Part shown: piece by piece, positions 20,650-30,587 of the stretch | How the letters are laid out: every line of letters begins with the position of its first letter | Numbering within the stretch: position 1 is the stretch's first letter | Notes under the pieces: generated by a model | What the model was told of the DNA's origin: nothing | The model's input: only the letters and a program-made list of their open reading frames with translations | Database searches by the model: none | Source: Deferrisomatales bacterium | GTDB taxonomy: Bacteria; Desulfobacterota; Deferrisomatia; Deferrisomatales; JACRMM01 | NCBI GenBank assembly: GCA_033551855.1 | Contig: JAWSUI010000008.1 | Location: 1 to 51,053, forward strand | Length of the DNA: 51,053 nucleotides | Direction of reading: 5' to 3' | Made by a program: the position numbers and the translations under genes

Positions 20650-22569
20650 ATGGAAAAGGTCGTGCACGGAGTGGGGCTCGTCACGGACCACGACGTCTAC
20701 CTCTTCAAGGAGGGGCGGCACTTCCGGCTCCATGAGAAGCTGGGCGCCCACGTGGGCGAGGTGGGAGGGCGCCGGGGCACCCACTTCGCGGTGTGGGCCC
20801 CCAACGCCCGAACCGTGTGCGTCATCGGAGATTTCAACGGCTGGAACCCGGAATCCCATCCGCTGGCTCCCCGGTGGGACGGCTCTGGCATCTGGGAAGG
20901 GTTCGTGCCCGGGGTGGGGGCCGGGTCGGTGTACAAGTACCGGGTCACCGGCCCGGGAGGGTTCGCTGCCGACAAGGGAGACCCCTACGGCTTTCGGTGG
21001 GAGCAGCCCCCCGGGACCGGGTCGGTGGTGCATTCCCTGGCGCATCCCTGGGGGGACGAGGCGTGGATGACAGGCCGGGCCGGGCGCAACACCCTGGACG
21101 CGCCGCTCTCCATCTACGAGGTCCACCTCGGCTCGTGGAGAAGGGGAGGCGAGCGGGGGGAACGGTTCCTGACCTACCGGGAGCTTGCCGAGCCCCTGGC
21201 GGACTACGTGGGCGAGATGGGATTCACCCACGTGGAGCTGCTCCCCGTGGCCGAGCACCCCTTCTACGGCTCCTGGGGATACCAGGTCTCGGGGTACTTC
21301 GCGCCCACCGCGCGATACGGCGCCCCCGAGGATTTCATGGTTCTGGTGGACGTCCTCCACCAGCGGGGTATCGGCGTGATCCTGGACTGGGTCCCTTCCC
21401 ACTTCCCGTCCGACGAGCACGGGCTCGCGTACTTCGACGGCACCCAGTTGTACGAGCACGCAGACCCCCGCCAGGGGTTCCAGCCGGAGTGGAAGACGTA
21501 CCTCTTCAACTACGACCGCACCGAGGTCCCCGAGTTCCTGATCAGCAACGCCCTCTTCTGGCTCGATGCCTACCATGTGGACGGGCTTCGGGTCGATGCC
21601 GTCGCCTCGATGCTCTACCTGGACTACGGTCGAGCCCCCGGGGAGTGGGTGCCGAATCGCCACGGGGGCCGGGAGAACCTCGGCGCCATCGAGTTTCTCC
21701 GCGCCCTCAACCGTGCGGTCTACGAGCGCTTCCCGGACGTCCAGGTCATCGCGGAGGAGAGCACGGCTTGGCCCATGGTGACCCGTCCGGTCCACGTGGG
21801 GGGGCTCGGGTTCGGGCTCAAGTGGAACATGGGGTGGATGCACGACACCTTGGAGTACCTCTCCCGCGACCCGGTGCACCGCAAGCACCACCATGACCAG
21901 ATCACCTTCAGCATCTGGTACGCCTTTTCGGAGAACTTCCTGCTCCCCCTCTCCCACGACGAGGTGGTGCACGGCAAAGGGTCGTTGCTGCGCAGGATGC
22001 CCGGCGACGACTGGCAGCGCTTCGCGAATCTGAGGCTCCTCCTGGGGTTCCAGTACGCCCACCCGGGCAAGAAGCTGCTCTTCATGGGGGGGGAGTTGGG
22101 CCAGTGGAGCGAGTGGTACCACGAGGTCAGTCTGGACTGGCACCTGCTCGAGGACCCGGCCCACAGCGGTCTCCAGGCCTGGGTGCGGGATCTGAATCGG
22201 GCCTACCGCGACCTGCCCCCCCTGTTCGAGCGGGACTTCGAGGCCGGCGGCTTCCAGTGGGTTGACTGCCACGACTGGGAGAAGAGCGTGGTGGCCTTCC
22301 TTCGCCGGGGCCGAGGGGAGGGGGACTGGGTCCTCGTGGTCTGCAACTTCACGCCCGTGCCGAGGCACGGCTACCGGCTGGGCGTACCGCTGGGGGGGGT
22401 GTGGCGCGAGGCCCTCAACAGCGACGCCGCATCCTACGGGGGAAGCGGCGCAGGGAACCTCGGCCGGGTGCAGACCGAAGAGGCTCCCGCCCAGGGGCGG
22501 GCCCACAGCCTCGTCCTCACGCTGCCCCCCCTGGGCATCCTGTTCCTGACGCCCCAGGGGCGGGCCTGA
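20650..22569 (+). CDS. glgB: 1,4-alpha-glucan branching enzyme
   Basis: [55 protein letters not shown]. Confidence 0.97.
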   Translation: MEKVVHGVGLVTDHDVYLFKEGRHFRLHEKLGAHVGEVGGRRGTHFAVWAPNARTVCVIGDFNGWNPESHPLAPRWDGSGIWEGFVPGVGAGSVYKYRVTGPGGFAADKGDPYGFRWEQPPGTGSVVHSLAHPWGDEAWMTGRAGRNTLDAPLSIYEVHLGSWRRGGERGERFLTYRELAEPLADYVGEMGFTHVELLPVAEHPFYGSWGYQVSGYFAPTARYGAPEDFMVLVDVLHQRGIGVILDWVPSHFPSDEHGLAYFDGTQLYEHADPRQGFQPEWKTYLFNYDRTEVPEFLISNALFWLDAYHVDGLRVDAVASMLYLDYGRAPGEWVPNRHGGRENLGAIEFLRALNRAVYERFPDVQVIAEESTAWPMVTRPVHVGGLGFGLKWNMGWMHDTLEYLSRDPVHRKHHHDQITFSIWYAFSENFLLPLSHDEVVHGKGSLLRRMPGDDWQRFANLRLLLGFQYAHPGKKLLFMGGELGQWSEWYHEVSLDWHLLEDPAHSGLQAWVRDLNRAYRDLPPLFERDFEAGGFQWVDCHDWEKSVVAFLRRGRGEGDWVLVVCNFTPVPRHGYRLGVPLGGVWREALNSDAASYGGSGAGNLGRVQTEEAPAQGRAHSLVLTLPPLGILFLTPQGRA

Positions 22570-22689
22570 GGGCCCTTCCTGCAACCTCCGCTTGCATTCG
22601 AGCGCCGGTGAACCAGGGTCTGCCCCTCTCCCGTAGGCCCAGCCCGGCCACCCCGGTCCATCCACTCCCAGATGCCCGCCTCGGGGTGC

Positions 22690-22941
22690 TCACCGCCACT
22701 GGTCGGGGAGCACCTGGCGCACGGGGGAGATCTGGTCGCAGGAGACCCCCGTCCGCTCGAAGATGACGTGCAGCGTCTCCGGGCTGGGGGCGTCCCACTC
22801 GCAGATCCGCCGGCCGCCGTCCTCGAAGATGTAGGTCCTGACCCAAGTGGCCGTGGTCTCACGGGCCAGGGTCCGGTACTTCTCGACCAGGTCCTCCCAC
22901 CTGCGGTCCGGCTCCACGTGGAACGTGAGGTACTTGGCCAT
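22690..22941 (-). CDS. DUF4242-like small protein
   Basis: 83 aa, WVRTYI...ICEWDAPSPE motif; GGAGG RBS. Confidence 0.7.
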   Translation of the reverse strand: MAKYLTFHVEPDRRWEDLVEKYRTLARETTATWVRTYIFEDGGRRICEWDAPSPETLHVIFERTGVSCDQISPVRQVLPDQWR

Positions 22942-23039
22942 GGCCTCCTCCCTTCCTCCCGCCCCGGTTCCCCTCCCGCAGGGGGAGGATAGCAGAGGGC
23001 GCCGCGGGGACAACCGCGCAGATACCATCATTATATAAG

Positions 23040-23102
23040 TGTCCCATGGTGTCCCATGGTGTCCAAGATTGTCCTTGACTGTCCAAGGGTGGGGTCTATG
23101 AT
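23040..23102 (+). promoter_or_regulatory. Promoter overlapped by five TGTCC boxes at exact 10-bp period
   Basis: tgtcccatgg tgtcccatgg tgtccaagat tgtccttgac tgtccaaggg; TTGACT (23075) -N16- TATGAT (23097). Confidence 0.7.
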
Positions 23103-23197
23103 TCTATCCGACGCAGAGCACCAAGAGCCGCCCCGCCCTCCTCCGAGTCGAGGGCCGCCCGGGGGCCGGCACGGGGAAGACCCGCGGAGACCCGTTG

Positions 23198-24277
23198 ATG
23201 CGAATCGCGCTGGCCTACAACGCCAAGCCGTCCGAGAGGGGAGCGCTTCGCGCCGCCCGGCCGGAGCTCTTGGCGGGGGAGGAAGAAGAGCCTCCGTCGA
23301 TGGATGGCCAGGAGTCGGACGACGCCTACGCCGAGTGGGACGACGCCGAAACCATCCTGGCCCTCGCCTCCGCCCTGGAGACTCGCCACGAGGTGCGCCT
23401 GGTGGAAGCCCGCCCGGATTTTCCCGCCCGCATCCGGGCCGCCCGGCCCGACCTCGTCTTCAACATCGCCGAGGGGTTCCACGGCGCGAGCCGTGAGGCC
23501 CAGGTGCCGGCCATCCTCGAGATGCTCGGCATCCCCTACACGGGATCCGATCCCCTGACGCTGTGCCTGTGTCTCGACAAGGCGCGGGCCAAGGAGGTCC
23601 TGGCCTACCACGGGGTGGCCACCGCCCCCTTCGCTTTGGTGGAGGACCCCGCCGATCTCCCCGCGGCCCGAGAGGTCCCCCTGCCTGCCCTGGTGAAGCC
23701 ACTGTTCGAGGGGTCGAGCAAGGGCATCCGGGATGACCAACTGGTCCGGGACCCCGACTCCCTGACGGACCGGGTGCAGCGGGTCCTCTCGACCTATCGT
23801 CAGCCGGCCTTGGTCGAGGCCTTTTTGCCCGGGCGAGAATTCACCGTGGCCGTCCTTGGAAACGGCCCCGAACTGCGCGTGCTCCCCCCGGTCGAGCTCC
23901 GCTTCGACGCCTTCCCTCCCGGTGCGAACCCCATCTACTCCTGGGAAGCGAAGTGGGTGTGGGACCGGCCGGAGGCCCCCCTGCGGGTCTTCGACTGCCC
24001 CGCTGCCCTGGCCGACGGCGAGCAGCGGTCCCTCGAGGACCTCTGCCGCCGGGTGGCCCGGGTGCTGCGCCTGCGGGACTGGTCCCGCCTGGACGTGCGC
24101 CTGGACGCGGCGGGCGTTCCGAACCTCCTCGAGGTGAATCCCTTGCCAGGGGTGCTCCCCGACCCCGCCGCGAACTCCTGTTTCCCCAAGGCCGCCCGGG
24201 CGGCCGGGCTCGACTACCAGGCCATGGTGCTGGCCGTTGCCGACGCGGCGACTCGGAGGCTCGGATGGCGGGCGTGA
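23198..24277 (+). CDS. D-Ala-D-Ala ligase-like ATP-grasp enzyme 1
   Basis: VFNIAEG, IPYTGSD, LDKARAK, VKPLFEGSSKGI, GREFTV, LEVNPLPG. Confidence 0.88.
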   Translation: MRIALAYNAKPSERGALRAARPELLAGEEEEPPSMDGQESDDAYAEWDDAETILALASALETRHEVRLVEARPDFPARIRAARPDLVFNIAEGFHGASREAQVPAILEMLGIPYTGSDPLTLCLCLDKARAKEVLAYHGVATAPFALVEDPADLPAAREVPLPALVKPLFEGSSKGIRDDQLVRDPDSLTDRVQRVLSTYRQPALVEAFLPGREFTVAVLGNGPELRVLPPVELRFDAFPPGANPIYSWEAKWVWDRPEAPLRVFDCPAALADGEQRSLEDLCRRVARVLRLRDWSRLDVRLDAAGVPNLLEVNPLPGVLPDPAANSCFPKAARAAGLDYQAMVLAVADAATRRLGWRA

Positions 24278-25290
24278 AGCCGCGGGTGGCCGTTCTCTTC
24301 AATGAGCCCGCCCCCGTCTCGGGCCGCGGCCCCGACCCCGATCTTTCCGACGTCGGTGTCCTCCAGGAGGTGGAGGACGTGGAGGCTGCCCTGGGGAGCA
24401 GGGGCTGCGGGGTGGAGCGGGTCGCGGTGGGGCGCGGGAGCCTGTTCCCGGCCGTGGCCGACCTGGCCCGCCGCCGGGCCGAGACCCTGGTCTTCAACCT
24501 CTGCGAGGGGATCGGCGGAGAGGCTCGCTTCGAGCCCTTGGTGGCGGGTCTGCTGGAGCTCGAGGGTATCCGGTTCACCGGCAGCCCGGCCGCTACCCTG
24601 ACCTGTGCCCTGGACAAGCGCGTCGCCAAGGCCCTGCTCTTCGCCGCGGGCATCCCGACCCCCGGCGCCCGGGTCTACCGGAGCGTCCCCAAGGTCCCGT
24701 CCGTGCGGGACCTGACCTTCCCCCTGGTGGTGAAGCCCCTGCGGGAGGACGGGAGCATCGGCATCAGCGCCGAGGCCTTCGTCCGCACCCCCGAGGCGCT
24801 CGTCGAGCGGGTGGACCACGTGCTCCGCACCTTCCGGCAGCCGGCGCTGGCCGAGGTGTACCTGGAGGGGAGGGAGTTCAACGTCTCGGTGATCGGCGTC
24901 TCGCGGCAGGCCCGCGTCCTCCCCGTGGCGGAGATCGTCTTCGAAGGCTATGGGGACGGCGAGCCCCGGATCGTCACCCACGAGGCCAAGTGGCGGGAGG
25001 GCAGCGCCGACGACCGCCGCACCGTCCCCCGGTGCCCGGCGGCGATCGGCGAGAACCTGCGGGCGCGGCTGGAGACCGTTGCCCTGGCCGCGCACCGGGC
25101 GCTCGAGTGCCGGGACTACGCCCGGTACGACCTGCGGCTCGACGCCCGGGGAGCCCCCCAGGTGATCGACGTCAACCCCAACCCGGACCTCTCCCGGAAG
25201 GCCGGCCTGGCCCGCTCGGTCGCCGCGTCCGGTGACACCTACGAGGACCTGGTGGCGCGCATCGCGGAGTGGGCGTGGGCGCGGTCGTGA
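24265..25290 (+). CDS. D-Ala-D-Ala ligase-like ATP-grasp enzyme 2
   Basis: VFNLCEG, FTGS, VKPLREDGSIGI, GREFNV, IDVNPNPDLS; start could be GTG 24274. Confidence 0.88.
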   Translation: MAGVKPRVAVLFNEPAPVSGRGPDPDLSDVGVLQEVEDVEAALGSRGCGVERVAVGRGSLFPAVADLARRRAETLVFNLCEGIGGEARFEPLVAGLLELEGIRFTGSPAATLTCALDKRVAKALLFAAGIPTPGARVYRSVPKVPSVRDLTFPLVVKPLREDGSIGISAEAFVRTPEALVERVDHVLRTFRQPALAEVYLEGREFNVSVIGVSRQARVLPVAEIVFEGYGDGEPRIVTHEAKWREGSADDRRTVPRCPAAIGENLRARLETVALAAHRALECRDYARYDLRLDARGAPQVIDVNPNPDLSRKAGLARSVAASGDTYEDLVARIAEWAWARS

Positions 25291-25811
25291 CCCGGCCCTT
25301 CGCCCCGGCCGACGTCCCGGACCTCCTGGGTGTGACGCAGGCGTCGGGGGTGTTCCGCGCCGAGGAGGGGGACGTGGCCAGGGAGGTCCTGGAGGCCTGT
25401 GCGGCCAGGGGACATGCCTCCGGGTACTTCTGCCGGGTGGCGGCCGCCGAGAGCGGTACGGGGCTCGAGGGATTTGCCTGCTGGGGCCCGGCTCCCTGCA
25501 CCGAAGGCACCTTCGACCTGTACTGGCTGGTGGTCCACCCCCGGGCCCAGGGCCGCGGGATCGCCTCCCGGCTGCTCGCCGAGGCCGAGTCGGACGCGGC
25601 CCGCAGGGGCGGGCGCCAACTGGTGGCCGAGACCTCCAGCACCGAGCCGTACGCGCCGGCACGCTCCTTCTACGAGGAACGGGGGTTCCGGCTCACGGCC
25701 CGCATCCCCGATTTCTACCGGCTGGGCGACGCCAAGGTCGTCTACGTCAAACCGCTCTCTCCCCGCAGAGGAGGAAAGCAGGAGCGATGGAACTCTGGCA
25801 GAAGATCCTGA
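25287..25811 (+). CDS. GNAT-family N-acetyltransferase
   Basis: FDLYWLVVHPRAQGRGIASRLL acetyl-CoA motif, ETSS, FYEERGF; GTGA overlap with the upstream gene. Confidence 0.9.
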   Translation: MTRPFAPADVPDLLGVTQASGVFRAEEGDVAREVLEACAARGHASGYFCRVAAAESGTGLEGFACWGPAPCTEGTFDLYWLVVHPRAQGRGIASRLLAEAESDAARRGGRQLVAETSSTEPYAPARSFYEERGFRLTARIPDFYRLGDAKVVYVKPLSPRRGGKQERWNSGRRS

Positions 25812-26905
25812 GCTCGTCCTTCCGTCAACCCGCGCAGCTCACGAAGTACTTTCGGGGCATCGACGTGAGGGCTCTCGACCGCGTCGCCGAGACGTACCCC
25901 ATGTGCATCAACCCGTACTATCTCAGCCTGGTGGAGCACCCGGAGGACCCCATCGGCCGGCAGTGCATCCCGGACGCGGCGGAGCTCGACGCCGGCGCCT
26001 CGGTGCCGGACCCCCTCGCGGAGGAGAGCACGAGCCCGGTTCCCTGCCTGGTGCATCGCTATCCGGACCGGGCACTCTTTCTGGTGACGACCCGCTGCGC
26101 CATGTACTGCCGTTTCTGCACCCGGAAGCGAAAGGTGGGCAAGCCCGACGAGCCGATCACGGCGGAGATGCGCCGGGAGGCCCTGACCTACGTGGCGCGG
26201 ACCCCCAGCATCCGGGACGTCATCGTGTCCGGAGGGGACCCCCTCCTGCTCCCGGACGAGACCCTGGAGGAAATCCTCCGAGGGCTGCGCTCGATCCCCC
26301 ACGTCGAGATGGTCCGGATCGGGACCCGGGTGCCCTGCGTCCTCCCCCAGCGGGTGACCCGCAAGCTCGTGGACATGCTCCGCAAGTACCACCCTCTGTA
26401 CGTGAACGTGCACTTCGAGCACCCGCGGGAGGTGACGCCCCAGGCCGCCAAGGCCCTGAACCGGCTCGCCGACGCGGGAATCCCCCTGGGCAACCAGTCG
26501 GTCCTGCTCAAGGGGGTGAACGACGACCCGGCGACCTTCCTGGAGCTCAACCGCAAGCTCCTGGCGTGCCGCGTGCGGCCGTACTACCTCTACCAGGCGG
26601 ACCCGGTCGAAGGCACCGAGCACTTCCGCACCCCGGTGGACGCGGGGCTCGCGGTCATCCGCGGGCTCCGGGGTCACACCTCGGGTCTGGCGGTGCCCCA
26701 GTACGTGATCGACGCCCCCGGCGGCGGGGGCAAGATCCCCCTCCTGCCCGAGTACCTGATGGCCCGGGACGACCGGCGGGTGCTGCTGCGCAACTACGAG
26801 GGCCGGTACTTCGTGTACCCGGAGGCCGAGCCGATTCCGGCGGCGCCCCCTCTCGCGGCCCGGTGCCCCCTGGAGCGGGACTACTCCGCGCCGGACCGGC
26901 TCTGA
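25787..26905 (+). CDS. KamA-family radical SAM/PLP lysine 2,3-aminomutase-like protein
   Basis: LVHRYPDRAL, CAMYCRFCTRKR, SGGDPLL, NQSVLLKGVND, YQAD, IDAPGGGGKIP. Confidence 0.92.
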   Translation: MELWQKILSSSFRQPAQLTKYFRGIDVRALDRVAETYPMCINPYYLSLVEHPEDPIGRQCIPDAAELDAGASVPDPLAEESTSPVPCLVHRYPDRALFLVTTRCAMYCRFCTRKRKVGKPDEPITAEMRREALTYVARTPSIRDVIVSGGDPLLLPDETLEEILRGLRSIPHVEMVRIGTRVPCVLPQRVTRKLVDMLRKYHPLYVNVHFEHPREVTPQAAKALNRLADAGIPLGNQSVLLKGVNDDPATFLELNRKLLACRVRPYYLYQADPVEGTEHFRTPVDAGLAVIRGLRGHTSGLAVPQYVIDAPGGGGKIPLLPEYLMARDDRRVLLRNYEGRYFVYPEAEPIPAAPPLAARCPLERDYSAPDRL

Positions 26906-26973
26906 GACCCCGGTTCCAGCGGTGTCCTTCCCGGCGCCGGGCTTCCCTCCCCTTCACCCCATCCCCCTCCCGA

Positions 26974-26994
26974 CCTCCCCCTTGAAGGGGGAGG
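26974..26994. terminator. GC-rich hairpin between convergent kamA-like gene and glpX
   Basis: CCTCCCCCT-tga-AGGGGGAGG; no U-tract, so it may be a dispersed repeat. Confidence 0.4.
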
Positions 26995-27156
26995 AGTCAA
27001 GAGGGGGTGGCGTGCGGTTACCCGAAGGTCAGGTGCGCCGACAGAACCGCAAGTCCCCAAGCGGTGGTGAGCAAGGTCTGGGGCTGCCCCCGGGAACCCG
27101 TAGCTGAAAACCGGGTGCGGGGGGTCTTCCAGCAGCCTCCCGTGGGGGCTCCCGGA

Positions 27157-28116
27157 TCAGTACACCGGCTTGAAGTCGAAGTGATGCTCTGCCTCGATGT
27201 AGCGCACGGTGCGCGACAGGGAGCGCATGACCACCGAGTGGGTCCTCGCGCCCCCCGAGAAGAACCGCACCCCGCGCACCAGATCCCCTTCGGTGACCCC
27301 GGTGGCCGCGAACAGCACGTCGCCCTTGGCCAGGTCCTCGATCGTGTAGATGCGGTCCAGGTCCTCGATCCCCATCTCCCGGCAGCGGCGCTTCTCGTCC
27401 TCGCCGGTGAAGTACAGCCGGGTCTGCATGTCCCCGCCCAGGGACTTGAGGGCCGCGGCCGCGAGCACGCCTTCGGGGCCCCCTCCCACGCCGAGGAGCA
27501 TGTGGACGCCGGTGTCCTCCATGAGCCCCGCTGCGACCGCCGGTGCCACGTCGCCGTCGGGGATGAGCTTGATCCGGGCGCCGGCCTCCCTCACTTCTTG
27601 GATGATGGCCCGGTGGCGGTCCCGGTTGAGGATCACCACGGTCATGTCCTCCGGGTAGAGCCCCAGGGCATCGGCCACGTTGCGCACGTTTTCGGTGGGG
27701 GTCTTGCGGATGTCGATGGCGCCCTTTGCCTCCGGCCCCACGGCGATCTTGTCCATGTACATGTCCGGGGCGTGGAGGAAGCACCCCTCGCAGGCCGCCG
27801 CGATCGTGGCGATGGCGTTGGGCATGCCCGTGGCGCAGAGATTCGTTCCCTCCAAGGGATCCACCGCGATGTCCACCCGCAGGTCTCCCTGCCCGCTGCC
27901 CACGATCTCGCCGATATACAGCATGGGCGCCTCGTCCATCTCCCCCTCCCCGATCACGACCCGGCCGGTGAAGGAGATGGACTGCAGGGTGCGGCGCATG
28001 GCCTCGGTGGCGGCCTCGTCCGCCGCGTTCTTGTTTCCCTTCCCCATCCACCGGGCACAGGCAAGTGCCGCCGCTTCGGTGACGCGTACCAGTTCGAGGG
28101 CCAGGTTGCGGTCCAT
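27157..28116 (-). CDS. glpX: Class II fructose-1,6-bisphosphatase
   Basis: MDRNLALELVRVTEAAA, VIGEGEMDEAPMLYIGE, AVDPLEGT, APDMYMDKI. Confidence 0.97.
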   Translation of the reverse strand: MDRNLALELVRVTEAAALACARWMGKGNKNAADEAATEAMRRTLQSISFTGRVVIGEGEMDEAPMLYIGEIVGSGQGDLRVDIAVDPLEGTNLCATGMPNAIATIAAACEGCFLHAPDMYMDKIAVGPEAKGAIDIRKTPTENVRNVADALGLYPEDMTVVILNRDRHRAIIQEVREAGARIKLIPDGDVAPAVAAGLMEDTGVHMLLGVGGGPEGVLAAAALKSLGGDMQTRLYFTGEDEKRRCREMGIEDLDRIYTIEDLAKGDVLFAATGVTEGDLVRGVRFFSGGARTHSVVMRSLSRTVRYIEAEHHFDFKPVY

Positions 28117-28169
28117 GGTTCACCTCCGTTGGGTTGGGGTGCGGCGTTTGGGGGAGCCCGGATCGTCTC

Positions 28170-29030
28170 TCACCGCCCGCCCCTGAGCCGGAAGAGCCGG
28201 GCCGCGTTCCCGCCGAGCACGGCGTCGACTTCCCCGGCCGTGAGCCCCGCGGCCTCCAGGTCCGCCCGGTACCGGGTGAGACCCAGGAGCGGGTAGTCGC
28301 TCCCGTAGAGGAGCCGGTCGGACCCCGCGATGTCCGCCGCGCGGCGGTAGACGTGGGGCTTGTACAGGTAAGGGCCGGCGGCCGTGTCGTAGTACACCCG
28401 GCGCAGCACCTCGTCGGCCTCGCGTCGGAGCAGATGGTAGACGAAGAGACCTCCCCCCCAGTGGGCCAGGATCCACGTGGTGCGGGGGTGGGCCTTCACC
28501 AGCCCGTAGATCTCGGAAGGCTCCATCCGGGCCTTCCCCGGGTAGGCGTGACCCACCGGCTCGTTGGTGTGGAGCAGCAGCGGGGCACCGGCCTCCCCGC
28601 ATAGCTCGGCCAGCGGGGCCAGGCCCTCCCGCACCTCGGGGCCGAGCCCGGCCCCGTACGTGGCGATCTCCCCCAGCCCACGGGCCCCCGCGGCCAGGCA
28701 GCGCTCGGCCTCCCGCAGCGCCGCCGTGCCCAGGAGGGGATTCACGCAAGCCAAGGGGAGGATGCGGCCGGGGAAGCGCCGGGCGGCGTCGAGCACGTAG
28801 TCGTTGCCCAACCGGGCCGTCTCCGGCCGCAGCCACGGAAACCCGAAGGCGCAGGCCGCGTCGGTGCCGCTCTGATCCAGGTAGGCCGCCAGCTCGCCGG
28901 CGCCGATCAGGCGGGCCTCGGGGTTCTGGTAGAGAAGGCGAAAATCCGGTTCCTCCTCGCAGAACGCCTCGCGATCCTTGCGGATCTCGGGCGGGCAGAT
29001 GTGGGTGTGCACGTCCAGGATCATGGCCAC
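28170..29030 (-). CDS. Amidohydrolase-2 family metallohydrolase
   Basis: DVHTH, GLGEI, LLHT, LAHWGGG, YDTAA, LYGSDYP. Confidence 0.88.
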   Translation of the reverse strand: MAMILDVHTHICPPEIRKDREAFCEEEPDFRLLYQNPEARLIGAGELAAYLDQSGTDAACAFGFPWLRPETARLGNDYVLDAARRFPGRILPLACVNPLLGTAALREAERCLAAGARGLGEIATYGAGLGPEVREGLAPLAELCGEAGAPLLLHTNEPVGHAYPGKARMEPSEIYGLVKAHPRTTWILAHWGGGLFVYHLLRREADEVLRRVYYDTAAGPYLYKPHVYRRAADIAGSDRLLYGSDYPLLGLTRYRADLEAAGLTAGEVDAVLGGNAARLFRLRGGR

Positions 29031-29246
29031 CGGAAAGGCGCAATGTCCACGGGAAACCGCATCATACCGGCTCGGCGCCGGGGCGTCCAGAGAGGGCCTG
29101 GCCCAGGGTGCCTCGCGACCTTGACACGTGGTCGGAGCCGGGGAGCCCCTCCGCTCCGCCCCGCCATCCGGGACTCCCGCCCTCTTCAGCAGGCGGTGAG
29201 GGTGGATTCCGGCTGCCCGGGATGCTCCGGCTCCTCGGCCGCCGCG

Positions 29247-30587
29247 TCAGCGGGCCGTCTCGGGGCAGGGCCGCCGATCGGCCCGGCCCGCCAGGAGGAG
29301 GGCGTTGGAGCAGACCCTCCCCACGACCAGCGCTGCGGCGGCCGCGTGGAGGCCCACCGCGTCCAGGTGCCCGATCCCCAGGTAGAGCACGACCCCGATG
29401 GCTCCCACCTCGGCCACCGTGGCCCGGGTGATGGGGCCCGTGTCCCTGCGGTTGACCCACAGGGACCGCAGGAACGAGAGCAGCACGGTGAGGGCCGGCA
29501 CTGGGGTGAGCACGCGGGTCGGCCACAGGGCGAACCGGGCGAGCTCGGGCGGGAGGCCGGAGACGGTTTGGAACCAGAAGTCGGCAGCGGGAGAAAAGGC
29601 CAGCAGCGCCAAGGCCGCGCTCGCGCCGGCCGCCAGGATCAGGGCGAAGCGCCGCAGGGGCCGGTACCCCTCGCAGCGGTCGCCGAGAAGCGCGATCCCC
29701 ACCTCCTGGTAGGACAGGCCCAGGCAACTGAAGAGGAAGACCACGGAACGGACCACCGGAAACACCGCCAGGGACTCCACGGGGGATCTGCCCTGGGCCA
29801 GGAAGAACGTCGTCAGGGGGTGGACCGCCAGGGTGAGCGTCGTGCTTAGGGCCAGCGGATAGTAGAAGGTGGCGATGGCCCGGTAGGTCAGGGGGTCAGC
29901 CTCCGGCTCCCCGCCGGCCAGTATTTCCCGCACGGCCCCCCGTGCCATGAGCCGGCACGCCAGGGCCTCGGCAAGGACGCCGGCGGCCAGGGCGCCTCCC
30001 CCCACGAGAGCGCCCTCCAGGCCTGCAGCCGCCAGGCCCACGGCTGCCGTCGCCATGGCGACGAGGCGCGCGGCCGTGCCGTAGCCCACGCGGCGGGTCA
30101 GGCCCCTGCGGATGAGCAGGCCCTGGTACAGGCGGCGGTACCCGATGGCTCCGGGCCAGGGCAAGAGGAGGAACAGTGCGCCCCGGGTGCGGTCCGCCAC
30201 CTCCTGGGGGAGGGCCAGGAGCCGCGTCGTGGTCCAGTCGAAGACCGGTGGGACGAGCAGCAGCACCATCACGGCGGTGACCAGGGCGCTCAGGCCGTAG
30301 GCGAACCACCGCAGCTTGCGGAAGGACTCCCGGTCCCTCGCCAGGGCCGTGGCGGCGCCCATGAGCATGATCACGGGGGCCTCGAGGATCAGGGCGAGGG
30401 AGAGGGCCACTCCGAAGGCGGCCAGGTTGGGGGTCGGCTCCGCCAGACGGGCGATGACCGCGGCGAGGAAGGGCCCCTCGACGGCCATCATGAGCCAGGT
30501 GGACGCCAACGGTGCCCAGAAGAGCAGGATGCGCCGACCGGTGAGCCCGGCGACCGGGCCGGGCGCGCGAACGCCGCCTGGGCTCAT
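29247..30587 (-). CDS. MATE/MOP-flippase-like membrane protein
   Basis: About 12 hydrophobic segments in two similar halves (FWAPLA / FYYPLA; LAAFGV / LAVFPV); ATGA overlap with the upstream gene. Confidence 0.7.
   Translation of the reverse strand: MSPGGVRAPGPVAGLTGRRILLFWAPLASTWLMMAVEGPFLAAVIARLAEPTPNLAAFGVALSLALILEAPVIMLMGAATALARDRESFRKLRWFAYGLSALVTAVMVLLLVPPVFDWTTTRLLALPQEVADRTRGALFLLLPWPGAIGYRRLYQGLLIRRGLTRRVGYGTAARLVAMATAAVGLAAAGLEGALVGGGALAAGVLAEALACRLMARGAVREILAGGEPEADPLTYRAIATFYYPLALSTTLTLAVHPLTTFFLAQGRSPVESLAVFPVVRSVVFLFSCLGLSYQEVGIALLGDRCEGYRPLRRFALILAAGASAALALLAFSPAADFWFQTVSGLPPELARFALWPTRVLTPVPALTVLLSFLRSLWVNRRDTGPITRATVAEVGAIGVVLYLGIGHLDAVGLHAAAAALVVGRVCSNALLLAGRADRRPCPETAR

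Noticed and set aside
23198..25290. Calling the two ATP-grasp genes ddl
   Set aside because: They lack the canonical N-terminal GG.S.E motif and the mur/dcw context, so no symbol was assigned.
27030..27140. IS-end-like sequence (GGGGCTGC...CAGCAGCCTCC) downstream of glpX
   Set aside because: The inverted repeat is short and imperfect, with no clear target duplication or second copy in the window.
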